Shown here piece by piece: positions 1 through 14,098 of a DNA stretch of 64,000 bases. The notes under the pieces were generated by a model that searched no databases, was not told the origin of the DNA, and saw only the letters and a list, made by a program, of their open reading frames with translations. The stretch spans positions 1,922,001-1,986,000 of the forward strand of contig JBLDXI010000015.1 of assembly GCA_047495785.1 (NCBI GenBank), written 5' to 3'. The DNA comes from Lepidodermella squamata (lineage: Eukaryota; Animalia; Gastrotricha). The translations under genes were made by a program, and so were the position numbers. Each line of letters begins with the position of its first letter. Positions within the stretch are counted from its first letter, which is position 1.

Positions 1-3000
1 TGACGCGATTACACCGAAACTGGCGCGGTTCACTGGGCGATGAGGGCTGGGTTCGGATCCTGCCCGAAAACCAAACGCGACTTTGGTTGAAAGTCGGCAT
101 TTTCAACTCAATAACCAGCTCATATTCGCTAAATGGCTGTAGGTTGTTGAAAGTTGCAGTTCGATTTTCAGAGTTGAATCGCTGCTTTTGACAGATTTGA
201 CGATCGCGGTGCGAGCAAAGTGAGGCGAAATCCGCCGATTTTCCAACAGGTAAAAGGTACAGATTCGAGGCGTAGAGGGCGAGGCGATTCAGAGCCGAAC
301 CAGCAGAGCAATTTTTATTCGTCAGGTTGAGAAAAGAAATTGAAATCGAGTTGGAAATTGAGTAATTTTTAAATAAAATCTCAGCCGAGTTCAAGTCGAA
401 ACAAGCGCGATTTTCTGAAAAAAAATTATTAAAAAAATTAAAATAAAAATAAATTTCATACCGTGGATTGAAATCACATTTTCATCGAAAATTGGCTGGC
501 AATCTTGGGTGAATTCCTGGCGTTCGTTAGTTAGAATTCGATCAACAGCTTGGCCAATCGATGCATCGAAATCGGTCATCATTTTATTAGAAAGTAGGTC
601 AAAAATCACCGCCCCACTCGGCGATTTAGCATTGCCAGACAGCACGAATAATAGTCTACAAAAAATTGTAAATATTTAGGAAAATAATAAAAAATATTTC
701 TTTACCCAGCGGTGGAGTTGACTACAATGCGATTCCAAACTTGGTCGTTAAGCAGCGGATAGACCAAAGTTTCGCGGTTATTCCCAGCCGAATTTTTCCA
801 AGCCGCGCTGTGAAGTTCGGCTCCACTTCGCGATGTTGAATCACTTTCCAGCCAAAACACGCGTTGAGAAATGAAATCAAAGCTCAACGAATGGCGGCGA
901 GTTCTCGATAGAATCGGGCTGTCAACTAACAGCCGCGTTTCGCCGCTTGATGACACAGCGTAAATTCGACCTTTATCAGCATCGATCCAGGCTATGGATC
1001 CGTTTTGGTGAATTTCAGGCGTTATTGGTAAATAAATCGAAGATTCAGTTCGAAGACTGCCAACTGCGGCCATAAATTTCGTAAAATTTCTACGAATTGA
1101 GCCATCGTAACCGGACGATATTGCTAGAGACGAATTCCGCCAACATAAATTCAGAGGTTCGAATTTTAAATCTAGATGAAAAGAACTAAAATTAAAAAAA
1201 TTCAGGTAATTTTATTTTATTTTCTCACCTTGGGTGTTGATTTTGATTTTCGCAGGCTCCGAGCAGTTCCAAATATTGCAATTTTCTATTTTAGCGAGGT
1301 ATTTTCCCGGCTTCAGGGCCGTAAAAATTACTTCTTCCTTTGTTGTACTTTGATGTAAAAATTTATCAGGATCAGATTCAGGCACCAAAGCAACGCTCGT
1401 TACAGCTTGAAACAAAGTTGGCAGGCGCCATTTAATCGAAATTGATGATAACACATCGACGTTATGAAAGGCTTGGAAAGCTTGAACAGATATTGGAGCT
1501 AAAAAAATTAATTTAAATTTTTATTTCAAAATTTTCAAAATTTCAACTCACCAAATGGGCTTTGTTGGACGTAGACATTAGCCGGAATAGCGCAGTGCCA
1601 TTTCGAGCAAAGCCGAATCGCGATATGAAGCGCGACTGAATCGCCCATTTTCAAGTCGGAAATCAGTTGATTTTGCGTTAAAATCGTTGAAAAGTTGCTG
1701 TTCCGAGTTCGATAAAACAGCGCATTTCCGATATCGATGAGAAAAAACGTCGGTTCATGCGTGGCTTGGTCGTCGAAAAACCATTTACAGCTGACTTTCA
1801 CCGAAAAATCGGCACCAGGCTGGCATTGGCACCTGACTTGCTCCGTGAAGGTTGACTTGAGGAATAAATCATCCAATTTAGGCATGTGTGGTAGGACGGA
1901 GATACGAGTCAAGTCTTTTGAAGTAGGGTGACTACTGCACAGGCCGTCGACTTCAAATGTCAGAATTTGCGACAAATCGCCGATTCGAGGCGACTTTTTC
2001 CGTACATCAGGCGACAGCCAGAAGAACACGTCAGTTTCGTCGAGGTGGGTTAGCGATCGAACGGGAAACGGGCAGTTAACAACGCTGTCATCGTAGCCTT
2101 CATTGGCGAAGGTTCGCGTGAGACCGGCTTGTCTAACGCTATTTTGGCCAATATGAAAAATTGACTCGCGAGATGCGTTAGTAAACGCAACATCGCCTGA
2201 TGTGAAATTAACGAGAATTGAAGTAACGCTCGGGTCGTTCAGTAAGCAGGATGAAGTAGTGAAATCGCGCAGAGATAACCGATTAATTCCGGAGCAGAAC
2301 CGAGCTCGAGTTGACGCGACGGGGCTTCGTTTTTGGTTCCAGATCAGCGATTGCGAAAATGGGTCAATGCGCACAATTGACGGATTGAAATCGGGGTTAA
2401 TTTTAGTTTCGATGCAGTCAGCAACGGCGCCATGAGTTGAGGAAAATGGGCATCGAACCATCTAGAAAAAAAATTAAAATTAAAATTCCGCCTTAAAATT
2501 TCAATTTTTTCATAGTTTATCAATTTTTATGCATTTTCAGTTCATCAAATTGTTTCATTTACCATTTCGGGTAGAATGATGTAGACATCGCCGTTGAGCC
2601 AATCAGTGGTTAGAAAAATGCCGGAAGTCGATGAATTTGGGCTAATTAATTGGCGGTACAGCAAACGCGTTGAAAGTGAGCACGATAGGAGGTCATCAGC
2701 CGGCCTTAACAGGTAGCATTCCGAAACCGAGACGGTGCGCGGCGACTCTGGAGTGGCGCGGCTGCTATTAGCGAATACCAAGCGCCGTCGAGTGGCGTCG
2801 AAATCGTAATCCGCGATTATCGACGCGTTCAGCGGTGATGATGAGTGCGCGTCGACGACCGCCGACCAGCGCATATCGACGGCATTCGCGCCTTCGAACA
2901 GCAGGGCTTTGTAAATTGTTCGATCATCCGAGGCTAAAAATGTAACCTCACTGCCGGAGTCTAAAAAATTACACAAAAATCAGAAAATAAAATAAAATAA

Positions 3001-3520
3001 ATCAGAAAATAAGATGCGATTTCACGAAATCGCAATTTTCCCAATGTTGCCTGTGGCTGATTTGCGAATGAAAGCTGAAAGCTGATCAATTATAATATTT
3101 GACTTTTTCAACGACGTTCTAGCTAAGAATCACGTAAGTCAAGAGATTCGCTCTAAGTAGAGTTGAAATTCGTTGCGATCATGGTTTTTTCTAGCGAAAA
3201 AATCGGAGAAATATTCTGCGCAATTTTCCCCTCAGAGCTCAACTCATAGCGAAACTTGATGCTATCATAATTCGATAAAAATAATTGACAGCCTCATTAA
3301 CGCTTATTTCTAAATTGATGCCAAGTCCGCTAAAATTTGGTTAAGCTAAAATATATCAAAATAATATACGAAAGTGTCCAAGTATTTTGGACATTTCGGA
3401 AATTTGAAGAATGGAAAATGACTATTGCTTACCTTGAGCGGCATAATAAGCGGTCAGCTCGGCTAGAATCGGCAGTAGATCGAACGTAAATTGAATGATT
3501 AACCATCGGAATATGAGCAT
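1..3520 (-). CDS. ROS1/Sevenless-like receptor, N-terminal ectodomain (partial; continues off the left edge)
   Basis: GT-AG exons 3520-3433, 2960-2563, 2461-1552, 1498-1229, 1171-706, 655-462 and 414-<1 join in frame. The protein has a signal-peptide-like N-terminus (MLIFRWLIIQFTFDLLPILA). YWTD-like propeller segments (FDFISQRVFWLE, TDWLNGDVY) alternate with FN3 repeats (FTALKPGKYLAKI, FNNLQPFSEYEL...IRTQPSSPSEPR), the ROS1/Sev architecture. The kinase domain is not in the window. Confidence 0.65.
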
Positions 3521-4790
3521 TTTGCATAGTCCTAATAAATTATCGTTAGAAGAAAGTTTTAAACAGGCAAAAATTAGACAGTAATTAGCAAAACGGCTAT
3601 TGCAAAATAAACATAGCCGCTGTCATGCGTAAAATTTGCGAGACAGACACGGAAAAGGTGGCAACAATAGTGTAACAATAACGCGGTAATGACGCGGTAA
3701 ATGAAAACATTAACAAGGCGGTTGGGCGGCGGTCGGCGGCTGTGGTTTTCGAAGGTGCGCGCTCAGTTTGCTGGCTACAGGCGTGTTTGCTCTCTTGAAG
3801 GTTGACGAAACTTGCGCCGCACGCGCAACGGGCCCGCCGCGCACCTCTCATGGCTACATATATATCGGCGTCCACTGCCGGCTCATCGCGCGCGTGTTTG
3901 CCCGAATGAAGTATATAAGCGCCATATACTTACTCTTGAGCCAGAGCGCGAGCGAGAAAGTGTTATGCGCGCGATACAAGTAATGATGATGATGAGTAAA
4001 AATGGGTGTACGTCGCCTCTTGCTCAAAGGTGAGGCGACAAACTGCGTATAAAAATGTGTATGGGTATGGGTAATAATAATATGGCCTCTTTCCTGATAT
4101 GCCAATATATATATATACAATTTATGTACAGGATTTTGGCAACAACAAGACACGTGTAAAACGCCTCGTAACACTTTGCGCGCTACCTTGTTTGCTTTAC
4201 ATAAAGAGCCATCCCGCCCGAGAAATTATTCTCGGGCGCCGACGACGTCTCACCTTCACGTCAATATACCACTACTACCGCTGCATAGTAGGAGGATATC
4301 GTATGCAGCGAACAGGAAGGGCGAGAGGCTAAATCTGAAGCCCGGGATAACAACGTGACAAAAAAGTGTTGACTTTGCGACAACTTGAACACGAGAGGCT
4401 GGCCTCCTTAAATACTGGCGTAGCATATAGGCAGCCCAGTGCAGGCCTGTCCACCACCGGATGCGCGCCCGTCGCGTTGAAATGCAGGCGCGAGAGCGGA
4501 GTGTGCCAGTCAAAAGTTTTGACGCGCGCCCATCGCTCGAGTGTTTAGACTCAGATTTCAGGGTAATACAATATATATGGCCGCATAACAACAACACACG
4601 CGGTAATATTACCGTGCCCCTGAATAAACAATCAGTTAAAATTTCTTCTCGAGCCAGGAACCGGTGGCTCGTGCGCCTTTCACATCAAAGTTTTCAGCAC
4701 CACCTAATTAGCTACATGTGAGCCAATTATAATAAGGCAGAAAATTCCGGAAAAAACCGGATCTAGGTTGCGTGAACAATTCCAATTAAG

Positions 4791-5215
4791 TAGGGTCGAA
4801 ATATTTGCACCACTAAAAATGAAGTTCCAACACTAAATTTAAGCGTCCTGGTACTAAATTTTTCAGATTCTTTGCGATTTCGTCGTTTTCGTTTTTTGAT
4901 CGATACTGGTGCCCTCCCTGAACCTAGGATTTTTTGTTTCAACTACATGTTGCCCCAAGTTACGCAGGCAAATTATCGATGTTGGGTTACAAGACGGCTG
5001 ATATCGGGAAAATCGCTGATTTGTAAAATCGATACCTGGAATCGATATCGGCTCTGTAAGAAGAAGTATATTTCGTAAACTGGCCGCTCATAGCCTGAAA
5101 TACGCGTAATATGAAGATCTATCGGTTAGACATGATAACAAATTTGAGGTTCTAGTGAAGACTAGAAACTGGATGCTGGATTCTCGAATTTAGGTTGCGC
5201 ACTTGGCACACCCAA
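4791..5215. mobile_element. Dispersed non-autonomous repeat (MITE-like), copy A
   Basis: Aligns by eye along its length with the reverse complement of 43140-43575 (e.g. ctaaatttaagcRtcctggYactaaatttttcagattc; caagacggctgatatcgg). It has short T(A/T)GGGT...ACCCAA-like ends and no credible ORF. Confidence 0.75.
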
Positions 5216-6528
5216 TTAAATATAGGCTGGGAAATAACCTAGTATCTTTGATATTTTAAGACTTTATTCGATGGAAAAGGCAGAATTCAAGTCGATTTCA
5301 TGTCATTTTATTTATTTCCATCATTTCTTTCTGTTCCTTTCACTTTTATCAAGCCCAATTTGATCACTTTTTAAACGAGAGAAAAAACGAGAGACAGCGC
5401 CTTTGGTGATGATGAGTGTATAGGTAATTGTATAATTAATCATTATTAATTAATTAATTATCAGACGACGATGATCATTAATATATCGAATGACTCATTC
5501 CATCCACGCAAAATATTACAATCGAAGAAGATGCGCCAATTTAAAAAAAAACAAGAACCAAAACATAGCATCGCCTGTACAAACTCAGGTTTTGTAAACT
5601 TAGTCGCTCTTTTTTATCATAAATAAAGTTACGCACGAGGAATCATCACCTTAAAAGCTCACTTCCAAGGAAATATTGAAGCCACAATTTTTGATAGCCG
5701 ACAATAATAGTATAAATATCATTCCAAATACTACTTTTTTTTATCATATTATTGATGCCACAAAAAGCCACGAATTTTATAGTATTGTTCGAATTTTTAT
5801 TATCATAATACCAGCAAGTAAAAATCCGCATAATCAAGAAATGTATCCGAAGAGACTAAATTTAGTTTATTTCGCATGTCGAAAATTCGCAAATCTTTTG
5901 CTCAAAAAATGGAACCGATATATAGCACGGAAGAAACGCATTCAGGGTCGGAGAACACAGGCGAAAAACGTAAGAGAGAGAACCGCATTTTTCATCAATA
6001 TTCATAAAAACTCGGCCGACAAAATGTACATAAATTCATTTATATAGATAGATATATTTTTCCTCGAACAAATCAAACAAACAGCATAACAATTAATAGG
6101 GTAATTTTAGGGTAGTTACCATAACAAATATCATAATATAGCAAATTTTTACACGTGGTATATTACTGATTTTTTGACGAAGGAAAAGCGCCACGTTATT
6201 CCACAAATCCCGAAGTTTTGTTGATTTTACATCATTCCGCATTATTTTGCATCCACAAACCCAAAAGAACAGGGAAGGAAATATTTGTTCATAATAATAA
6301 TTTCGTCAAGAATGTTTATCGGCCTATTTTCTTCACATTTGCATAACAAATATTTCACAAAAAAAAACAATTTATCGTTCTCTCTTCAAGCGAAATATGA
6401 CATACGTATGAGGAATGAGTTACTTCGACATTTAATTTCTTGGATGAATTCTCTAGTATTATTTTTAATATTATTATTGGTGTCAAAATTATCAGCCTCC
6501 ACTTCCTCCGCCTAGGTAGTAGATTGTT

Positions 6529-9500
6529 TCAAGCAGTCGTTTCGCCGATTGATTTACTGCAAAATAAAAAAACGTAACTCAATAAAAATGAATCAGAAAA
6601 AATTAGAACACTGAAAATCAAGAGGATAGAACCTTTTCCATTAAGGGAAAGTCCGTATTATTATTTTCATATTATTCACAAAAAGGCAAGCAATTTTCAA
6701 GCGGAAGCTGCATTTCTTTACATTTCTTTTCTCCTCAACTACAGTGGCTCTGATATGATTTCCTCGATGAAGGGAATTCTTGAGCGGAAAAATGAAAGAA
6801 AAAAAGACAAACAAAATAAACGTCACAACATTGACACTCAGCAGCGTGATAAAACATCTACAAAACTAATAAGGAGGATCTTGATTTTACCTATCCTCGT
6901 CGGAGGTGTTTTGTTCGTGAAGCGTCCGCGTGACGGTTAGCGTGGAGCCGCCTGAAAACGACGACATTGACGCTGAGACGACGACGGGCTTCATGAAATC
7001 GATCGATATACTTTCCGGACTAGCAATAGGCGCCGGATGGCCCGAGGAGGAGGCCGACGATGAGGATATAGTCGACTGCGTGACGGCTTCCGATATGGTC
7101 TCGGTGGTTGCCGCGGTGGTCGTAAAGGCCTCGCTGCTAGCTAAATTGGCCGAGATGCTGTGCGAGGCGGGAAGCGACGGTGGACTAGCGGGCTGAATGC
7201 TGACCGAAGGCTGAACCGCTTCGGATAGCATCGACGAGTTTTCAGAGGTAACCCTGCTTTTGCTGAACCAGGTGAGGGGAACAAATTACAAGCAAATAAA
7301 ACAAAGCCACTCATTTCACTCAAAGAAAAATAATCAAGAAATCGTCAACTTAAATTTTTCTAGCAGGCAATATTTTTAAATGCGGGCTTACTTTCTGAAG
7401 GAAGTCGGAGTGGTCGAAGCTGCTGTAGCGAAGGAAGATGCTGCCGACGCCGGGCCGGTCTGATTGTGCACGGAATGGTCGTTATTAGCAGTGATGGTAT
7501 CATCGGAAAACGTTACGCTCATGCCGCCGAGGCCCGACGACGCCGCATTCGCCACGCTGCCGCTCGTATCATCGCTCGGCAGCGCGGTGGTCACCGCGAC
7601 GGGGCCCGAGCCGTAGCCGGTGATGGCCGGCGGGCTCAACTCACGAACAAAAACGTCAGCGTTAGGCGGCAACAAATCAGGCCGATTGGTCAATACTAAG
7701 AAAAAACACGGAAAAAATTTAATAAAAAATCCAGCTTAAAAATTTCCAAAAATTCCAAACCTCCTTGCCGCTTAGCCGATGGACCGGTTTTACGTTTAAC
7801 CGAATCTTTTGAGTGAACTTTGATTGCTAGACGAGTGAAAAAACAGAAAAAAATGAACAATAAAATTCGAGCCAATTAAAGTGAATCGTTGAGGAGAGCA
7901 TTCAAAGCTTTTTTTATTTTTTTGTTATAAAAACCGCGCAAAAACAGTGCGTTCAAGCGCAAACTTTGTGCTCCCGAAATCAACCCATTTTTCCATAACC
8001 CTAACAGCTAAAAATATGATTGCTACTAGGAAAATTGTTATTACATTGATTACCAACGTAACGACAGACAATTAATAATAATATTATGAGTATGTACAGG
8101 AAAAGAAACGAAATAATTCGCTACAGGATTGCGGATTTAAAACTGAAAATCGAGTATATATTTCAAGCTAATGATGGAACGTAATAATTTACGGTTAATT
8201 AGGTTAGAACGAAAATACAGGATACACTGCGTTTTTCCCTGGTGGTCTTCAAGCCGGTTTCTCAATGTATTCCGATAAAGCAGCGTAGTAGAAGGTTATC
8301 AAGGCTTGAAGAGTCGCATCGCAGGTTTAATAAAGCATAAAACGTGATCTCATAAAAACAGGTCGGTGGGAATTAATAATTACTTAATAATAACGGTACA
8401 TGACAGCAAATCAGTGGGTTGGTGACAGATGATTATATAACCAACATAAACTAGTTCAGAGACGATCGACCGATCTTTTACCTAAATTTACAATATTTCG
8501 GAATCGTTGCCGGGCTGGTGGTAGTAGTAGTAGTTAAAACAGGTGGCAAACGGACGGGTAATGAAGAAGATGATGATAAAAAACGCAGAAAAACCAATTA
8601 TTATTAAGCGAAAATGATTTTTCTGAACAGGGCCACTCATTATTATGATAATAATGAAACTGAACGAAACTGAAAATTTTGACAGGGACAATGCGATTTA
8701 TCTGAGTCGACGATAGGGTTATCGTGTAAATTAAAATTGAACATCAAAAAATAAAAAATGAGAGGACGGGCGGATTATTCCTAGAACAAATAAGAAACAC
8801 GTACCTGAAGGTCCTTTCCGGAATACTTTGTTCATCATGAACTGTTGGAAGCGATTTGAGTAAAAACTCGGCCGACAAACGGATACCGTGTCCTGAAGCA
8901 TCAATATTATGCACATAGAAGGTAAGTATTTCAATTTAATACTAACCCCATCGTAGACAACGGCTTTGAAAGCATGTTCGAGCTTCTTCTTGAGACGATA
9001 GTCTTGCAAGATGTCGATAATACCGACGTAGAGATATAATTGATCACCTTTTGCATTATGCGCGGGAATACCACCCCTGAAAAACGTTAAAAATGCAGAA
9101 ATTAGCATAATATATAACTCGCATTTTATTACCATGAGAATATAAAAATGGGTTGAGGTGTTTTAAGAAATATTTTAGAAAAATCGGATATCAAAATCAG
9201 TTAGACATGGCTCGAAAAGGCTCAACACTGCAATTACTTTATACGACGTAATTTTCGTGATTAGATTTGGGAATTAAGAAATCCTCAACAAGAATGAGGG
9301 TGGATAACAACAAAAATCCATTTAAAAAGCTCATTACCACACAATTCTACCCTAATTTTTGAATGATTCTAACTGAAGACGCCACAGAACTATTCTTAAA
9401 CCTATAAAGCTCCCTAAAACGTGCTAAAAAATTCTGCTCATATCAAGTGAAAAATAAAGTATTAAATTTCGCGGTTATTGCTCTCGATAACGAGAATTAA

Positions 9501-12437
9501 GTCGCAACGAAAAATACGTCGTATACAGTATTGCCTACTCGAGACGCAAGTCCGTGTAAAGCCTTAAAATGAAAATAAAAAAACCACCCTGTGAAAAAGA
9601 TTTCTTTTTAGAAAAAACGGACAAGGATTATAAACTTTTCCGAGGGTGAATCATAGATGTAATCATCAGATGTAAATAGAATATTGAAAATTTTTGACAG
9701 ACTTCTGAGGTGTCATAAAGCTCGGACGTTATTTTAAAATTAAGGATTATTCCAAAAAATATATTTTTCGTAAAAATGTACTTTTGCTCTACTCAACTGC
9801 TGATGTGTGTTAATAACCGCCTTACAAAAATACGATTTTTAACCCCACGAAATCCCCCGTGTGTCCAAGTTGCACTTTCTATTTTCGGCCAATTCGAACT
9901 CAAAAGCTTATAGGTAAAAATAGTTCAAGCGAGTGTGAAGTTTTTGTATTCACTCAGACAATTTCAAATTTCTTGATCCAGATTTTTCAACAAATCGGTC
10001 TGCTTCGTAAATTTGATATTGAATAAGCATCCAAAATAAGCAATTTTCCTTAATTATGAAAAATGAAAACAACTGTTACCCACCTATGATCACATTGAAA
10101 TTGCGGACCACTTGTCGTCGGAGTCAGCGGTAATTGCACGCCCGGCGTCTGGTACGAATCGGCAGTTTGCCGCGCCGTCGCGTTCTGATTATTCATCATC
10201 ATCGCATCGGCGAACAGCTCGCTATCGGTGTGCGGCATCGACCCGGACGCCTCGGCTGTACTCAACCGACCGGCGCCCTGGATCGCTTCCATAGCCGTGT
10301 GGAAGGCCGGCTGCAGCCGCGCCGACATCGCGCCTACCCCGCCAACCAGGGCGGCTACTGTCGCGCCGGTCGCGATTGGCCCCGGCGCTACCGATTCGTT
10401 GAGCAACGGGTTCGGGGTGACCGTAGCAGTGGGCGGGGCCGTTGCCGCGGTCGCTGGTACCTGGTTATTATTGTTCGCCTGTGCCGCCTGGCACGCAGCA
10501 GTGTGGTTGTGAATCCCCAACAGCAAGCTATAGTCCATGATTTTAAAACTCTCCAACACCCGGCAATCACGTTCAATCGTCATTTTGAGGGCTTCAAATT
10601 TCTCCGCATCCAACGTAATGCCTTCCGGGTGCTCTTCCATAAAATCTAAATCCTTGAGCGTAGGCAGCTTCTTCTCCCTCTCCTTTTGCGAGGCCCGTCG
10701 CTTGAACGTACTGCCCTTCAGATCGTACTTCTCGTGGAAGGTAACATTCGACGGCAGCAAGTTGTTCATGATGATGAAACGAATGTTCTTGCCGCGTGAT
10801 TGATACGTGAAGAGGCCGTAGAATTTCGGCAGAAATGTCCGCGGGTTCTGCGTCAAGTTCATGTAGTAACCGGGCAGTAATTTGAGTAAAAAATCCGCCT
10901 CGTTATGTTGCACTGTTTTTATAATGAAGTTATCATCGGCGGTCAGGTAGAACACGGAACCACTGGCACCGGGGTTCGAAAGTTCCCGCAATGAATCATC
11001 ACAAAGGGAACGCTAAAATAGCAAAATAAAAAAAACGTAAAAATTCCACCTTAATTTTTTTTTAATTTCTCATCCTAACCATGAAGTCTGTAGGCTCGAT
11101 TTGAAAGGCACGTCGAAAGTGGCGGAAAGCAGTAGGAGCGTAAGAGCGGAATTTAAAATCCGCAAACCGGTGCGCAGGTGTCGGAGGTTCACCGCCTCCC
11201 TCGCTATGAAAACAAAAATTAAAAAATATTACAATAAATTGGAAAAAAATCTTTAAAAAATTAAATAGGTTGGTTAAATGTTAGCAGTTGGTTATATGTA
11301 ATTTGTTAGGCTTGTATTACGAAATAATCGAACTGGTATTTGAAAGAGTAGGGGTGGTCGAAGTAGCTGCGTTCTTCCGGCTCAATCCAGGCGTCAAAGG
11401 CTCGACGCACTGGACTTTTAGTCGACGACCTTTTTTTTTACCACAATGTCACATAAATAAAGTGTTTATAAAAAAAACCGAATTTCCGTTGCGCGCAATG
11501 TGGTAAGTAATCGAAAAGTTCGCAGTAAAAACAACGCTCACGTTTCTCATCATCGATCAGGTTCAAAACAATGGTGTTAGTTCAGGTGCATAAAAGGTAT
11601 TAACCTGGTTTTAAGTAAAACCTCCCGCCGACACCGCGCGTCACTTGATTAGTGAAAGCAAAATAAAAAATTAGAGAAAAAAATCAATAATTAAAGCAAT
11701 AAGATGAAATATTATTTTTTAAAACTTCATCAATCGCCCAGGGATGAAACAAATTTGTTGAAGCAAACTTAAAATGTGTCAACATAACTAGATCTAAACT
11801 ACGAAATACCTCTCATTCATGGTATAACCTCTACCCTCTGTTCCTGTTCCATCGTACACAAGAACGCTGAGGCTAGTGAAAAATGACAATATTTAAAAAA
11901 AATACTCCTTAAAAATTGTTTCATCCCCGATTTTTTAGGATTAGATTATAAAAAATGCAAGCAGTTAGCTATATAAGCAGAATTTTTGTACCTCGGAAAG
12001 TCTAGAATCTCAATTCGCTTGAAGTCGCGATACAACAAGTCGTGTTGGCCCATTTTCTCGGCAAATGCGAGCGAGGTGTAGATGCCGAGTTGGATGGTCT
12101 CCATGAGTTCTTGAGTCGGGGTTCGCTTATAGAAAACCTGCCCAGACTCGTCGACCCGTCGATGGCCGATTTTCTTGACCCGCATACTAGGCCGCTGCGT
12201 CGAGCTAAGCCCGCCTAGCGTAGCATTGGGGCCGAAATCGCCGCCCGCCAGCAGCGTATCACCCAGCGTGTCGGACGCTGCCTGGTTGTTAGACGACATG
12301 TCTGTCGTGGTTATTGTAACTTTTGTTGCCACGTTATTGCCGTTACTCGTCGAATTCGAGTTCATCGTATTGTTGGCCGCCGTTGACGATTGGCTCGCGT
12401 CGGAAGCACGAGCAGCGACGCTGCTTTCGCCTGGCAT
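6529..12437 (-). CDS. PIP5K1: Phosphatidylinositol 4-phosphate 5-kinase type I
   Basis: Exons 12437-11992, 11203-11080, 11012-10084, ~9076-8947, 8892-8805, ~7826-7761, 7695-7392, 7253-6891 and 6556-6529 join in frame. Family motifs: [75 protein letters not shown]. Confidence 0.95.
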
Positions 12438-13761
12438 GGCCGTCGATAAAAATGGGCAACCACTAGTGGGCCCGTAAATTGGTCACCATTTGAAACAAAA
12501 TCAAGGTAAATATTCTAGAAAAATCAACATGAAATTAAACGCGGAAAATAGGTCACCACAACTCGACTGAACAGTCCCAAAATGTCAGGACAGCAAGGGA
12601 GAAAATCGGTCGAAATAATTATTAGGACCTTGAAACGCATTATCAACGCCATAACTGAATTAAAATTGGCAGTAGCAATGGCTGTGAAATCAAAGTGAAG
12701 CAAATTGGGAATGACATCGAAGATTAGTTCCCCCACAGGCAATAGAATAGGCCCATAGCTTGCAAAAACATGGCGTAACACTGCGGTAGAAATAATTATT
12801 ATTCAAAGAGAGTGGCTACGAGCAGCAGAAATTATCGACTATTTGCGAACGATGGTAGAAATCAAAACCGCCCTGAATAAACATTTGCACCCCGTTTTTG
12901 TGTCCTACGACCGCCATCTATACGCAATAACAATTATTATTATTATTACGTGAAAACATTAGCCCATCTCGCTGCAATGGTAATAATAAATGCGACACGG
13001 AAGATGTCAGAAAGCAAGAATTACCATATTGTATAACAATATATTATGTGTCACTCTGAAGAGATCGATGCGCGTAATCAACGATGAGGTTGGAGTAGTC
13101 GGACAAAAAAATGACTATTACAATGGATTACCACAAGAGTCCGAGCGACTAGGGACACGAGACGGAAAAAATACGCTGCTTTTCCCATGGCTAAAAGCTG
13201 ACATCGAATCTTTCTGCTGTTGTTGATTAAAGAAGCGCAGCTACACTCGAAACATTTGTAGGTTTTTGTACATTTGTATGCACTTAGTACTCGTGCGAGT
13301 CAGTCGCCAATTTTTACATAATATTATAAATTCGGTGGGGTTCAAAATACGAATAGTAATAGTAGTATAATAATAATAATATAAAAAACTACAAACACTA
13401 ATACATAGTGAAAAAATCGGCGCAAATGCGATAACGAACGCAGCGAGAGAAAAAATGATGATGATGACAACGCGGCGAAGACATGAAGGGCTGCGGAACA
13501 CTAGTAGCGCAAGATTAAAATCGAAAAAACTGCTACTACAAGAAACCACGAAAATCAATAGGCCGCGCGCTGTCAAGCACTGCTCCACGAAAGCTGTAAT
13601 ACGATTACAATTTATACACATCGATATTTTATTGCATTTGCGAAGAGCTTCCAGTGATCCGCAAATGTTAAATGAAATACCCTATAATACTATACTATAA
13701 ACGCATTTCCTCCTTACGCGAAAAAACGATATTACATTACGTTCTCTTCATTGAAACTAAC

Positions 13762-13838
13762 CTTGTTGAAGTAATAGGATGCAATATGGGCTTGGCTTGG
13801 TCGATACAGCCTGTTAATTATATCTCTTAAAATAACAC
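13762..13838 (-). other. Putative non-coding 5'-UTR exon of PIP5K1
   Basis: Acceptor ctgtatttttag| at 13840-13839 and donor aag|gttagt at 13761. A matching acceptor lies upstream of the PIP5K1 ATG at about 12516. Confidence 0.45.
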
Positions 13839-14098
13839 CTAAAAATACAGAATAACATCGTCATCATCAACTTACAAAGAAGTGGTTAAAAATTTATTAA
13901 CACGATGAAAAGCACGAGTCACAAACGGCAGTAGATATTACCTCCCTCAACTTTTGCACATCGATCTAGCGAAAAAATCGCCAAACAATAATTTTCACTC
14001 ACAATACACTGAATAATAAATCAACCATAAAAAAATTGAGCACAACTAAACACAATAAAACGTTGAGCTCTTCAGACGAATAAAACCTAAATGTTATA

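Noticed and set aside
3597-4721. Cluster of overlapping short ORFs upstream of the ROS1-like gene (similar clusters at 35-39.7 kb)
   Set aside because: No domains or coherent splice structure; these look like CpG-rich regulatory or intronic DNA.
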